From: Oikopleura dioica
Lineage: Eukaryota > Animalia > Chordata
Length of the DNA stretch: 64,000 nt
Assembly: GCA_907165135.1 (NCBI GenBank)
Contig: OU015566.1
Coordinates: 2,232,001-2,296,000 of the forward strand
Reading direction: 5' to 3'
The notes beneath the pieces were generated by a model that was not told the origin of the DNA, did no database searches, and saw only the letters and a list, made by a program, of their open reading frames with translations. This document shows, piece by piece, positions 1-12,358 of the stretch (the first letter of the stretch is position 1; each line of letters begins with the position of its first letter). The position numbers and the translations under genes were made by a program.

Positions 1-78
1 TTGGTTTTTTGCTGATTAATTCATTTCTAAGGAGAACCTTACTTGACCCACTGTAAATTACCTAAGAGTTAGAGTAAG

Positions 79-113
79 GCTCGGCGACCTGTGCGGGAAA
101 CCTGAGTCAGGGT
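79..113. repeat. Solo end of the AAAACCTGAGTCAGGGT repeat family
   Basis: GCTCGGCGACCTGTGCGGGAAACCTGAGTCAGGGT closely matches the reverse complement of about 14950-14984 and also resembles 22778-22812. Confidence 0.7.
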
Positions 114-1094
114 CAGGAAAAGGCTCTGACAAAAGTGAGATCTAGAAAAGATCTTTTATATGAGCCATTCTAGAGCCTTCAACAAATTCCCAATCCCGAG
201 TTATAAGCCACTGAAATTTGACAAATCGACGACTACACCCTTTAATAAAAACCGTTTAGCGGTTTCGCCAGAATTTCTAATTCATTTTCATAAAAATCAT
301 GCTTTTCTCTTGAAAAGTGTCACTCAGAGCTCAAGATCGGTGAACAATGTGAAGGCTTTCCCAAACCCACATTCTCGATCCCGGCTCAAGTCAGCGAACG
401 ACCCGAAATCGGATTTTCGCGTGGCGAAAAATTCATGTTCACATTTTCGCCTCTCCTTCTTTGGAACTTGAATTTATCAATTTTCTGATTCGGTAGAGAA
501 TCTCTTAGCTGTATGGAAAACAGTTACCAGCTCTTTGACACAAGTGCATTCCGAGGCGCCAACTCTTGAATAAACTCTCGAAAAGGTTCTTCTTTTCTGA
601 AGTAGGCGAGGCGAGATTTCATAAACGTGAAGTGGGCAGGAACATTCCCTTATTTCAGGGGCCGAGGAAATCAGTTTTTGTACAGTAAGATTTTTTGACA
701 AGAGTTTTAACATAAGAAATTACGATTCCCCTTTTCTTTCTTATCCAAAAATTGATTATTGATGGACGAAGAAGTCAAAGTAGTCAGAGAAAAAAAGAAT
801 GATTCTGGTGTCTAAAATCCGGCATAATCCGAGGACTGAGGCGCCTTATCAGCAATCGGAAATTCAGAATAACGTGTCAACACGCTCGAACACGACTTTT
901 CTTCCTGTTCAAGTCACGAATATTTTCATGTTCCAGCCGTCGATTTGTAGCGCCGAGAGATTTACAGTACAAACGAGACAGCTCATTCACAGCTCGATTT
1001 TTTTCCTGGATTTTTGGCTGTTTTTCTGGAAAGAAATTTTACAATGTATATTTTTTTTTGACCCAGACAAAAAATAAAGGTGCATTTTCGATTA

Positions 1095-1261
1095 ACCAAT
1101 AAGATTGCTGTATTTTATCTGCCGGCCAATCAAAACCCTGATCGCGAAAATCACTTCCATTTTTGGTTCTGCCCATTTTCGGGTCGAACCAAAATATGGA
1201 GATGATTTTATGGATCAGGCTTCTTATTGGCCGGTAGGAATAATATAGCAATCTTATTGGT
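1095..1261. mobile_element. MITE-like element with 15-bp inverted repeats (CCAAT-rich family)
   Basis: ACCAATAAGATTGCT (1095-1109) and AGCAATCTTATTGGT (1247-1261) are a perfect inverted repeat. The left part recurs at about 18692-18752. Related GATTGG/CCAATC inverted pairs occur near 7330-7495, 18100-18215 and 24460-24516. Confidence 0.6.
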
Positions 1262-2939
1262 CAAACGGAAATCATTCCAATTTCTGGTTCTGCCCATTTT
1301 TTCATCCCCGAATAGGCCAAATGAGAACAGAATTATGAAAGTCTGCCGAATCTGTTCTATTTCTGGATTCAAGAATTCCAACAATCCTCGAGGAAGGCAT
1401 GCCTTGTCCTTGCCCCTCCAAATGCAAAAGCCTCCATACAGTATGTCGCAAGAATTGGCCCGCTCTTTGTCGAAGTTCAATAAATTAAAGCAATTAGTTT
1501 CTCTTTCCCCGCAAGTATTATTTTCTGTTCCGGAACGCGCGGTACTATTTCACAACTTTGATAAACGCGTTGTTTGGTTAACGACCAGTTGTTTCTTCTA
1601 TTATTTTGTGGGGAAAAGACAATTTCTAATAATTCTTTATTTATTGACTTGACGGTTTTCTGTTTTTGCGTTTTTTTGCAAATAAGAGAGAGACACCCTT
1701 AAGGACTCTAAAAACCTGTTTTTGCCCTCGACCAATCATCGGGCTATTAAATTGGCAAAAAAATTTTCGAAAATCTTAAGGGGATCACTCCGAAATCGTT
1801 GTTTAAAAAAATCATTGCCTTTTTGGGGGGGGGTCCTTAAATTGAAACAAAACTGTTTGGTCAAGCCATTCTTGCGCGAAAAACATTTATTATGTGAATA
1901 TATGATTTATTAGTTTTCGCAACACGTGACCCACGTCCGCTGCCTTTCGGCTAAATCCGGCGTCAAGAAAACGATCCTACTTTGGATTTGGGTAACGTGG
2001 CTTCTTAACCGAACATTGTATGTTTTTTGTGCGCGATGGCTATCGCCCCCTTTTAAGCACTCCAGCGCTGAGCCGATTAACCGGAAATTCTTCCGTTATG
2101 ACGCCACAGTCCAAATCAACCTGCCACTTTGTCAGATAACGTTGCGCACAGTTTTTCGTTTTTTCGGGAAAGTTGAAATCGATCTGGCATCGGTTCAATT
2201 AGCCAAATTTTGTATAGCGAATTACAAGGGGAAAAAGGGTTTCTTTTGGTTAGTGAAATAAGGGTGTCACACTAAAAATCACAGTTTCTTTCAATCAAAA
2301 AATTCAGGTTGAGAGCCCCCAAAATTAAAAAACCTGATTGAACCAAAACCTTATCCACCAAAATGAATTGACGGATGAGTTAAATTTCTTCGCCTGAAAA
2401 AATATTCAAGAGGATATCGACTGTCGGCTCATTTTGCTTATCATTTCTCCCCTGTTTCCGAATAAAAATTCAATGATGTCATAAATCATCGCCGGTCAAT
2501 TTCTTTGATCGATTTTCTGATAAGAAAAAAAGTCTTCAAGAAATGGAGTATGCTGAGAAAGTAGACTTCGTTCGACATTTCGTTAATGGAATGTCAAGAA
2601 CATACACTTGGAAGCTATCATACTCGCTATCGTTAGATGGATCATCCATTAGATGGAGTAATAGACTCCCTTTTTTGTTTGCTCGTGGGCAATTTATTGA
2701 GCATCCTTCTAAAATTGAGAGTTTCCCCCGACTCATTTGACAAGAAAATAAACTCATTACAAACAGAAAGGACCGAAAAGACTCTCTAAAACTCTCGTTT
2801 ATAATCTAAGCCTTATGAAAAATATTTTAAGATTAAAATTTTTGGACATTTAGGAAAGAAAATTTCTCAAAGAAAATGACGAAAAATGCCCAGTTTCTAA
2901 AATGTTCCATTTGTCAAACTTTCAAATTTCCAACAGGGT

Positions 2940-3392
2940 CTATTCATGTCCAACACTGCTTACAATCATCTTTAGTAATTCAGTGTCAGGCTGAAAGGCT
3001 CCAATATTGCATTTGCGTAAAAAAGGCGCCGGAATGACCAGCGCGGTGAAATTGTACTTGCTCTCGTTCTGAGCCGATTGGAACCACAGGCACTTGATCT
3101 GGTTATGAAGAACAGGGGCATTTTTTTCATCGATTTGAATTTTGAATTTGAGTTTTTTCAGCTTGAAAAATTGATTTTTGATCTTGATTTTTCAAATCGC
3201 AAATTTTTGCTTCTATAATTTATTTTCTAAAAATCAACGCGGATTTTTTCAGTATTCTGACCGCCCAAGATATATACTTCGCAACCACGTAATCATCAAC
3301 AGTATTAAATGCGCTTGAAGTGGATGGATAATCCCTAACCACTCTCTTTGCATCTGCCCCAGAGAGAGGGTCCTCTCTCTTTGTGCGTGTCT
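2940..3392 (-). CDS. Putative exons of an unknown protein (5' end upstream, unresolved)
   Basis: Exons 3392-3262 and 3098-2940 join in frame via a GT-AG intron (3261-3099): ETRTKREDPLSGADAKRVV...YISWA|IKCLWFQSAQNESKYNFTALVIPAPFLRKC... No family recognised. Confidence 0.35.
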
Positions 3393-3618
3393 CTAGAATT
3401 ACGCTTATGCTGGTTTATATTGAGAGCTTTGAGCCGAAGGTGTTAGAGGAAAAGTGGCACCTTCTATTTTTTAATAGGCCCCTTGTTCGTAAGAGCGAAG
3501 GGCCTGGCACGTTGATTGGAAGTTGTACAAAGCACTATAAACACATGATTTTCGGGAAAATTAAGGAGCGATACATAAGTCTTATTCTTTTACATCAATA
3601 AGCTATTGTTCAGCGGTC

Positions 3619-3905
3619 ATATACTAACAATATAATAATTATAATATAATTATATAATAATATATTATTATAATATCATATTATATATTTAATTATATAA
3701 TTATATATATTATTATATTATATATATAATTATATAATTATAATTATATAATTATATAATAATATATTATTATAATATTATATTATATATATATTATAAT
3801 ATTATTATATAATTTTATTATAATAATTATAATATTATTAATATGACATATAATATTATAAAATATAATAAGATGATTCATATTATATTTAATAATATTA
3901 TTTAA
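3619..3905. repeat. AT-only low-complexity tract (TA/TAA/TAT degenerate microsatellite)
   Basis: About 290 bp almost devoid of G and C. Confidence 0.9.
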
Positions 3906-6900
3906 AGATTTTTTTTCTGGAATGCCCAAAGTACCTACTGAATAAACCGTTTCCCGGTTCCCCTCTATTATGTCCCAAACCCCCTTGGTCTGCGATAACA
4001 GTCCCCGACAACAATTAGTACTAAGTCGAAAAAGGAGATAGTCGGATAAAGAGACCAATATTCATATTCATATTTTGTGTTTTAGAATCTTCGACTCGGT
4101 GGGCTCCTTATCAGTTTCATTGATTACAGCCTTGCTGCATATTCATCCCTTCCAGCTTATCAAGATCAAAGACGAATCTTTGTTTTTCCCAAATTTTCTT
4201 AGGTTTTTTAGACTTTTTAAAGAATTGAGTTGATCCTGATTCATTTCCTCCCTTTCCCTATTGTCCTTTTTGCGAGTCTAACCTGATCCTGTTCGTGTTC
4301 ATTAGTGCGGTAGTAGCTGCCTAGGTCGCGCAGTAAGTGGCGATTATTGTGTTGCGTGCGTCTTTAGAGCTTGAGCCAGGTAAGCTACTAAATGGCTTTG
4401 GAAAAATTAAATTTTACTAAACGACTTGGGCAGGTCGAAATGTTAAACAGTAAACATTTTTGGAAGAGAGAGGGGAAATGAGTGAAACGGGCACGGTGAA
4501 AGGATAAACATGGGGAAAGGAAAATTGGCTAAATCGACGAGTATACCCTTAAGGATATTCTGGGCTGGGGTTCATTTTGTATCTAATCCAGCTCATGAAA
4601 AATGGAGCCCGATGATAAAAAGCAAAGGTGGTGAGATATCTTCTCAGCCAAGCTTTGAAAATTGGCGGCTGATAGGTTTATCGTTCCCGTAGAGCTTTCA
4701 CGAGGGAAAACAATGACAAGCGCTTTTTTCTTATTGAAGTACATCTCCCTTTCCTTTGGTTTCTTTCGAACAGAAATTTTATCTTCCGAAAAGTGAACTT
4801 AAGGGGAAGACGTCGATATATTCAAATATGAACTTAAATTATTCCGTTCCGTGAAGCTGAATTGCTTCATCTCTGGGCCGCTTATGCGAGTTTGATTTAT
4901 TTCTATTTTTCGAAAAGCTGTTGTTAGGTTTAGGAGGATTAGGGAGCGAAAGTCGTGAATAGTGCTCACTTTGGGCGACGCCTCAGATCAGCGCAGTTCA
5001 GCTCAATCAAAACGACAGACTTCAAATTCAGCAAAAGAAGAAATTGTTCAAAATATTTTTTAAAGGGAGGGGGCTCCTTAAGGTTCCGTTTGAAAGTTCG
5101 AAAAATTCTCTTTTTGTATGAGAAAAGAGGGTTTAAAAGAGGACGATATGGTATTGAAATCAACCCGCAGTGTCCTTATTTTCTTGTCACCAACTCTTGT
5201 GACATCGGCAATTTATGACTCGGTCTCTTGTGATGACAAAATCAGAGATGCTCCGTGCGGTTTCTCAGTGCGGCGCTGATTACAACTTTCCAAAACCAAT
5301 GCTTTGCGGGGGAGCTCTATTGAGAATCTATCCATTTTCGATTGATTACAGGGCCTTGCAGAAGAATTTCTTGCACAACTAAAACGATGCTTATTCGAGG
5401 ACTGGATTCAAATCGCAAACACAAAAATGGTGAAATGTTTGTTGACACCCTTAAATTGTTTCTCTGGAAATAAAATTATAACTGATCAAAAGTAAATGCC
5501 ATTTTTTTCTTTGTCAAAAAACATCAGAAAACATGTGTTCATTAAACAGGAAATTATCAACAGGATGCCAGAAAGACTGAGTCGATGGAAATAGCTATCG
5601 AAAAAGTTACCCTATCAAGTGGATAAACAAAGTGATGAGAAATAAAACGTAGTGCTCTTGAAATGCATAAACATTGTATTTCGACATTCCATCTCACCAA
5701 AATAGACACATAAAACAACCCTTCCCCTCGACCCGAAAAAAGGGTTTATTCGAGATTGTCTAGGAGACTGATTCATATGGATTATCGACAACATTTTTCA
5801 AATATTCATGCACCACAGAGAAGATACTGTATGAGATATTCGGTACAGCAGAATTTTAGTCGAGTAGACACTTGTTTTTTTAGGAAATAAAAAGTCGGCT
5901 ATCAAGTTTTTCCTGTTACTCAAAAAAAATTGAGAAAGTGAGAATCGCGAGAGATTCTCAAATCTATCTTTCCAATCACCCCAATCCGTAAAAACGCTAG
6001 AATCGCCGAAAAACGCTTGGAAAACGGCGCTGTTCGCCGCGCGCGATGATTCGCGATGAGGGCGCTCGCGAGCAAGCTTTCGCCGCCGCGAATCTTCACG
6101 AGCATCGCGCTCAGCGTCCTCGACGAAAAGGAACAACCGAGAGCACTGTCCATTTCGTTTTTACGCAAGTCGCCAATTGAGATATTAGCGGAGACTTCAT
6201 TTTTTTTTTACTTTTTTTTTAATTTTGAAACCAAGAAAATTCAAACTTCTGAAAATCAAAAAGAAACTTGAAAAAGCGATTTGATAAGAACAGGAAAAAT
6301 ACAGTTGATTGAACTTTTTGACGGAGCAAAGAGATCTCTACAGGACCAAAAATGATCAGGTACAGTTTCAGTACATGAAATATGTAGTCAATTTAACATA
6401 AACATAGCGAAAATAAGAATTTTTTTATTTACAAAAAAGGACTTTTATGTTATTTTTTACTTTGAAATTCATTAACAATTGGGCTGATTTTTAAGTTTTT
6501 TTTTCTCTAGACAAGAAAAATAACCACCAGAATAAGCTAATGAAACGAGTTTTTCAATAATTTTATGAAGGTACTTTAGGTTGATCTTTTTTGCAAAGAA
6601 TTTCACTTTTTGTAACAATTCATGAGGATTTTTTCGACAGAAAGAGACTTAATTTAGGTATTATCCCTTTTTTTTACCCAATAATGCTCTGAAAAATCAA
6701 AAAAGCAATAAAAAAGACATAATTGAAAAACGCCATTTCTATATGATAAAAAATCCACGACGAAACTTGATTTGAGGACTCGGTGAAATGCATAAAAGAA
6801 TCGTTACAAAATCGCTAAGGGAGGAAACCCAATCCATTTTAATGTCAGTCTGTCTTAATGTTTCGTAACGTGAGTGGATACTTGAGCGTATAAGAACATC

Positions 6901-8169
6901 TAAACGTGTAAGGGTGCCGCTGATAAGCGAATTCTTATCAATTCTTGCGCCGATTTTGATTTCCTCCCTTTCTCAATTTAGAAATCGCACTCTTAATTTG
7001 CTTATTTCATTTTTACAAAAATAGCTCCCTGAATTCACTTTTTCGTTAACTAGCCCCTTTTCGTGGGGGCCTTTGAATAAACAAAGTATTATCCGGAAAA
7101 AATAAGGCTCTAATCTATTTGCAGCAAAATAGGACACGAAATGTTTTCACTGAATTCAGGGTTCCGTAAGAATCTTATCCTTTTTGGAACACGTTTATTT
7201 TTTTTCGATAAAGCCTATTCTAGATTCTTCAAATTCTAGAATGGTTTCTAGAGAATCTAGAGGGATTTTTCGAAAGGAGGCAAAAATCGACAAGATATCC
7301 GACAAAATTTTGCGTTGGCGGCTACACAGCTTCTGATTGGCCGGTTGGTCGAATCAAGGCTTTTGATTGGTCTAAAATTTCGAGGCGAAATTTTCGGTCT
7401 AAGGAACCAACAGAAAATTCCGATTGATTTTGCGTGAAAATTTTAAACCAATCAGAAGCCAGGATTTTGCTTACCAACCAATCAGCAGCCGAGTAACCGC
7501 CCACGCAAAATTTGTCGAAGTTTTTTGTCGATTCTTGCTGCTGCCCCATTTTTTCTATAAAAATAGAAAATACACACCCATATTCCATCCGGTCAAGTCG
7601 AAGTTTCGGACTCTTCTTTGGTAGATTGGAATCTTCTTCTACCATCGTCTCAAACCTTGAGAAATTCGCACGTTTATTTGATCAAAAAGCCATTAGATAG
7701 ACCCTTTCCAGCAGTGCTGCGGATCTATTCGCATTACTGCGCCTAAACTCCCTTAAATCGCCGATCAAAATGCGCCGTGCCCGTTAAATTTCAACTTTTG
7801 TCGCTCTTGCAAAATCCAAAAAAAAAGAAAACCAAAAAGGCCGGCCTAAAAATTATCGCATTCACCTTTCTCGAATAATATTTTTCGAGCGGCGGGGGAT
7901 CAAAGAGGCGAAATCCCCCTCCTCCCGACTCAAAAGCGTAAGAAACAGAATAGAAATAGAGTTGTTCGATGGAGGGTTAGGGATCAGATTGGCTAAGCCG
8001 GAAAGCATGGGACGGCGACTCTTTTGGAGGAGGAAAAATAACGTGTACCAGAAAAAAAAGAGGGGGAATTCTGAGTCCACAATGAAAATAATGGAGATTA
8101 TGGAAAAAGGGGATTTTGCGATTCAACTACTTTGCGATTTTCAGGTGACCTGAGAATGGAATGAAAATT

Positions 8170-8405
8170 AGGAAGTTGAATTTTGATGAAAAAAATCTTA
8201 AGGGTATAGCGATCGTTTATCAAAATTTCAAAAAAATCAAAATAGCGAAGAGAGACCCTTATTATATTTTATTTTTTTTTTCGATAATATTTAATTTATT
8301 CCAGAAAAATTGAATTTTGATGAAGAAAAACTTAAGGGTATAGCAAGGGTTCAACAAAATTTTTTAAGAATCAAATAAGCGAAGAGAGACCCTTATTATA
8401 TTTTA
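8170..8405. repeat. Two-unit tandem duplication (about 135 bp period), each unit holding a TTAAGGG...CCCTTA module
   Basis: TTGAATTTTGATGAA...CTTAAGGGTATAGC...AGCGAAGAGAGACCCTTATTATATTTT appears twice. Confidence 0.75.
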
Positions 8406-10082
8406 CTAAAAAAAGAGTTGAGAATAAAAGGATGATTTTTATAAGATAAATGATCATAAAATGGGTCAAGATTGGTAGCGGAATAAATAAGGGTGTCGTT
8501 GTGTTATCTCAAGGACTAGAAAATAATTGAGTAAGAAAATTATCGTGATAACGATAACCTCTTTCCCCTCACTCACATCATTTTACATTAAAATCTAGTT
8601 CAATCGGTACAATCGGATAAGTCTGCTTCTCGCAGCTTTTTTCTCGAAAGAAAAAAATAGAAAGAAGATTCTCGGAAAAGCGAAGAGAGTGAACACCTTG
8701 TTGCCACCGCAATCGGGTTGCCCGAACACCTCCGTGAAGCCACCTTATTCACTTCTTTCTTCTTTTTTTCTTCGCTAGAAGATTATTCAAGAAGTCCATT
8801 TTTTCGCGTTTGTCGAAATGGCTTCCTACTTACTAAGAGCTTGAGCGAGTGAGGCCTAAAAGGATCTCTCAATTATTCGCATTTGTCCGTTGATTGCTCA
8901 GCGGGGATTTTCGCGCCTCGGAGATTATCCAACCTCTGCTGAGGAGAATATAATTCAAGTTCTTTTATGTTCGTTCTATTTCAAGCTGTGTTGTTGAATT
9001 TATACCGCCGGGAATTATAACGTCCCCCGTTACAAGAGAGCTACGTGGAATTACAAAGAAGGCAAAGATCTTAAGGAAACCCCTCACAGCAATCGAAAAG
9101 ATTGAATTTTAACTTGACATTGAAGCAAAATTAATCAATAAATTTGAAAAAAATTGCACATCCTTATTTTTATATCAAGAAAGAAAATCTTAACCAAATT
9201 GTTATTTTTAAGAAAAACTTAAGGGTATCATAAGTTATGATTCATAACGTAAATAACAAAATTGTGATTTTGTGAAGTAATTGCGCCTTTTAACTTATTT
9301 GTTGAATATTTCAAAGTTTGAAATTCAAACTAAAAAAATCTTGAAATTGAAGCAACATTATTTAACTGACAATTTCTCAAAAAAAAAACTAAGGCGGATA
9401 CCCTTATTTTTTCTTAAAAAAACGTTTTCGCTTAAGGTTCTCAAAATGCCACAAGAGAATAATGACAATGTACTTTTCATCCCTTATTCTTGCCTGATCT
9501 TTACCCTTACCCTAATGTTCATCTAAGAATAAGGGTACCCCTTCTTAATTTCTAGAAATCTGACTCATTTTCCCCAACGAACCAAGGCGATCGCTAATCA
9601 CCTTGAATCCAAATCAGATTCCGCCATTTTTCGCATTTCCACATCCGAATTTCACTCATCATTTTTCATCGCTCGAGAATTTTTGAATATTTCTTCTCTC
9701 CAAAACAGGGTGTTTCGCGGAATATTCAACGACGACAAAATTCTTTGAAGGAAAATTTCGAAAATCGCCCTCTTGAGAGAGAAAAAAAAGATCGACCGTG
9801 AGCTTGGAGTGGTTTCTGGGATAAGGTGCTCCCGTGCGTAACCGGTTTGAGTGTGAGCGCTCGAGCTATCTTAAGGGGGTACGGTAATAGGTACTCACGT
9901 GGTACTCGTTTTATATGAATGCGGATGATTATACTGATAGACTCTTAATCCGGTTATCATACGATTTGAGTGTTTTTAGAGAAAAATTTTTTGAATTAAG
10001 GGTGTTTCTCTGCAAAAAATTAATTAAGTTTAAGGGGATACGCTCAATATTAATCGTTTATATCAAGATTTTTTTCTCGATG

Positions 10083-10176
10083 TAACATAGTGACCCCCTT
10101 ATTTTCAATTTTTTCTTTAAAAATTTGAATCTTTGGTTGTGAAAAAAATTAATTTGATAAGGGGATCTCTTTGTTA
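10083..10176. mobile_element. MITE of the TAACATAGTGA(T/C)(A/C)CCCTTATTTT family (degenerate copy)
   Basis: Left end TAACATAGTGACCCCCTTATTTT, right end ATAAGGGGATCTCTTTGTTA. The ends match 20632-20795, and a similar pair occurs at about 10811-10903. Confidence 0.55.
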
Positions 10177-11593
10177 GAAATCGATTCTGCGAAAATGATC
10201 CAAGTTAAAACTCGATTTTCAACAACCCGGTATAACCTTAACCCTTTCGTTTGATCAGGTTCAAATCCGTCTATTGAAATTTGCTTAAGGATCTCCCCTT
10301 TCTTGCTCCAAGTTCTAGAGCGCGCGAAATCGGCACCTGATAAGCTTCAAAAAGTCGATTTTGTCTTGTGCGATAGTTGACGGGGCAGCGCCTTAATTGA
10401 ACTTATCAGCAAAAAAACGAGAACTTCTTGAAGCTCCTTGATCAAGGGCTCCTCTTTTAATTAGAACTTCTATCAAAAAGAGCATTTTCAAACGTCAGGA
10501 AATTTTCGCTCCGCCCCGATCTGGCTTCTAAAATTTTTTTCCATCTGTGTTCGAAAATTTGAATTACAAATTTTCGCGAAATTTCTGAAATCTTCATTTT
10601 TTCGCCAAAAAATTACAATTCTCGACCGCGTTTGTTAAGACGCACCGTCAAGGTAGTGTCAGTTTTGCTTTTTCTTATCACCCACAAATTTTCCCAAAAC
10701 GTGCGAAAAAAACTGAGATTTTTAGAAAAAGAAAACAAATCATCAAAAAAGTTTTGATACAGTTAAGGGCGTTGATATCCTTAACACGATTTTTTGTCAA
10801 ATACTTTATTTAGTGACACCCTTAATTTTTTCCGTCAAAACGAAAATAGCTCTTTATGAAATTTCTGCGTAAAGAAGACTAAGAAAAATAAGGGTGTCAC
10901 TTCACTATTTTTCTGAGGGAAAAAACATAAAAATTCAAATGATTTAGGGCTAACGGCTAACCCTAACTCTTACCCTAACTAAGTGAAAATAAATTCGTCA
11001 AATAAAAACCTTCCAAAGATTAAGGGTGTACCCCTTTGTAAATTAAAATTCTAACAAAACCATGTTTATTGTAAAAATTCTCAAGAATCAGTCAATTTCC
11101 CGCGCCAGGAAGTGCTCTGAGAAAACACGACCGAAGAACCGTTCAAGCGCGGAATTCGGGAATTTCTAAAGATAAATTTTCAAATTCGAGGGATCTTCTT
11201 TCCGCACTGGAACAAGCTGGATAATCAAGCTTTGTTCAATGCGTTGTCTTTGGCACTCTAATGAGCGCTCGTTAGGCAACTTGCGACTTACATTTGCGCT
11301 AGTGTCTCATTGTCGAGGTAGATTTTCGCCGTAAGTGAGCGTTTTTAGAAGTATTTTACAGGCGGATATCCTTAATTTTGTACTGTTTTTACAACTGATA
11401 GCAGTTAACAACAAAAAAAAAACACTAACAATTGTGAATTGAGACAGTTCAATAAGGAGCAAACTGGTATTATGACTTTTTCTTTAATGATTAGATATGC
11501 CACGTGATACCCTTAATTTTCATCCCTGTTCCTATGTTTTTCTTTGTAAAAGTTGCCTGAAATTAAGGGACTCATCATGAAAAATGATAAATA

Positions 11594-12271
11594 CAGTGAA
11601 ACCCCAACTTAAGGCCGAGCAACTTAAGGCCACTTTTTTGAAAAATCCCCGAAATCTGTCATCCGAAAGAAATCCACTTTTTTTTCAATTTTTATTCACA
11701 GTGAGTAAATCGCAGATTTACTTTTTAATAAAAAAACTCGTTATTTTCGGCTGCTTCTTTGGCGATTTTGAAGTCGATGGCTTTTCAGCGTCGGCATCTT
11801 CTCTCACTTGAGCTTGTGGTACTTCTTCAACCTCCATCCGCGTCGGAATGTCTTTTCCATCATGTTTCTTTCGAATCAGCCCATTGATAATCTTCTTAAA
11901 TCAAATTGCATCACTCTTCTTCGGCGTCTTCACTAGAATCTCTGCATATCTTTTTATCTCGGCCAATTTCATGTGGATTCTCTTTTCTTCTTGCGACATG
12001 TTTGCAGCAAATTTATTTTTGAGAGAATGAAAAAATAACCGAAGGTTTGATTCAAATGGCGCATTCAGTTTTTACAATTCATACTTGGTTCGTGCGAGAA
12101 ATTTCTGATAAGGTCCTCCGCCTTTCATTTTTGATTCCCATGATTCAGTCCCTTAATCCAGAAATATAAAAATTTTAGCGTCATCAAACTTAGTTGTAGA
12201 ATCACCCAACTTAAGGCCACTTTTCAAATTAGCTGTCATCCAAAAAGTGGCCTTAAGTTGGGGTTTCACTG
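11594..12271. mobile_element. Non-autonomous pogo/Tigger-like (Tc1/mariner superfamily) element, 678 bp
   Basis: Perfect 23-bp TIR CAGTGAAACCCCAACTTAAGGCC, TA on both flanks (11592-93, 12272-73), and subterminal CAACTTAAGGCCACTTTT repeats near both ends. Confidence 0.9.
11718..11999 (-). pseudogene. Transposase C-terminal remnant ending in a PIP box, with one in-frame TGA
   Basis: MSQEEKRIHMKLAEIKRYAEILVKTPKKSDAI*FKKIINGLIRKKH...KSPKKQPKITSFFIKK*. QPKITSFF fits Q-x-x-I-x-x-F-F. The internal TGA is at 11903-11901. Confidence 0.7.
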
Positions 12272-12335
12272 TAGTCGTTCCCCCAGCTAAGGGTATCTAT
12301 ACCCTTAGATACCCTTAGGTTAGACAAATGCTTAA

Positions 12336-12358
12336 CCTAACCCTAACCCTAACCCTAA
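12336..12358. repeat. Interstitial telomere-like tract cctaa(CCCTAA)3
   Basis: Read directly. Degenerate CCCTAA/CCCTTA runs also occur near 9500-9515, 10943-10980 and 35964-36035. Confidence 0.7.

Noticed and set aside
160-2261. ORF-track entries in the first 2.3 kb and most entries in 4-20 kb
   Set aside because: They use alternative starts, overlap repeats or poly-A/T runs, and show no domain or splice support; I treated them as chance ORFs.
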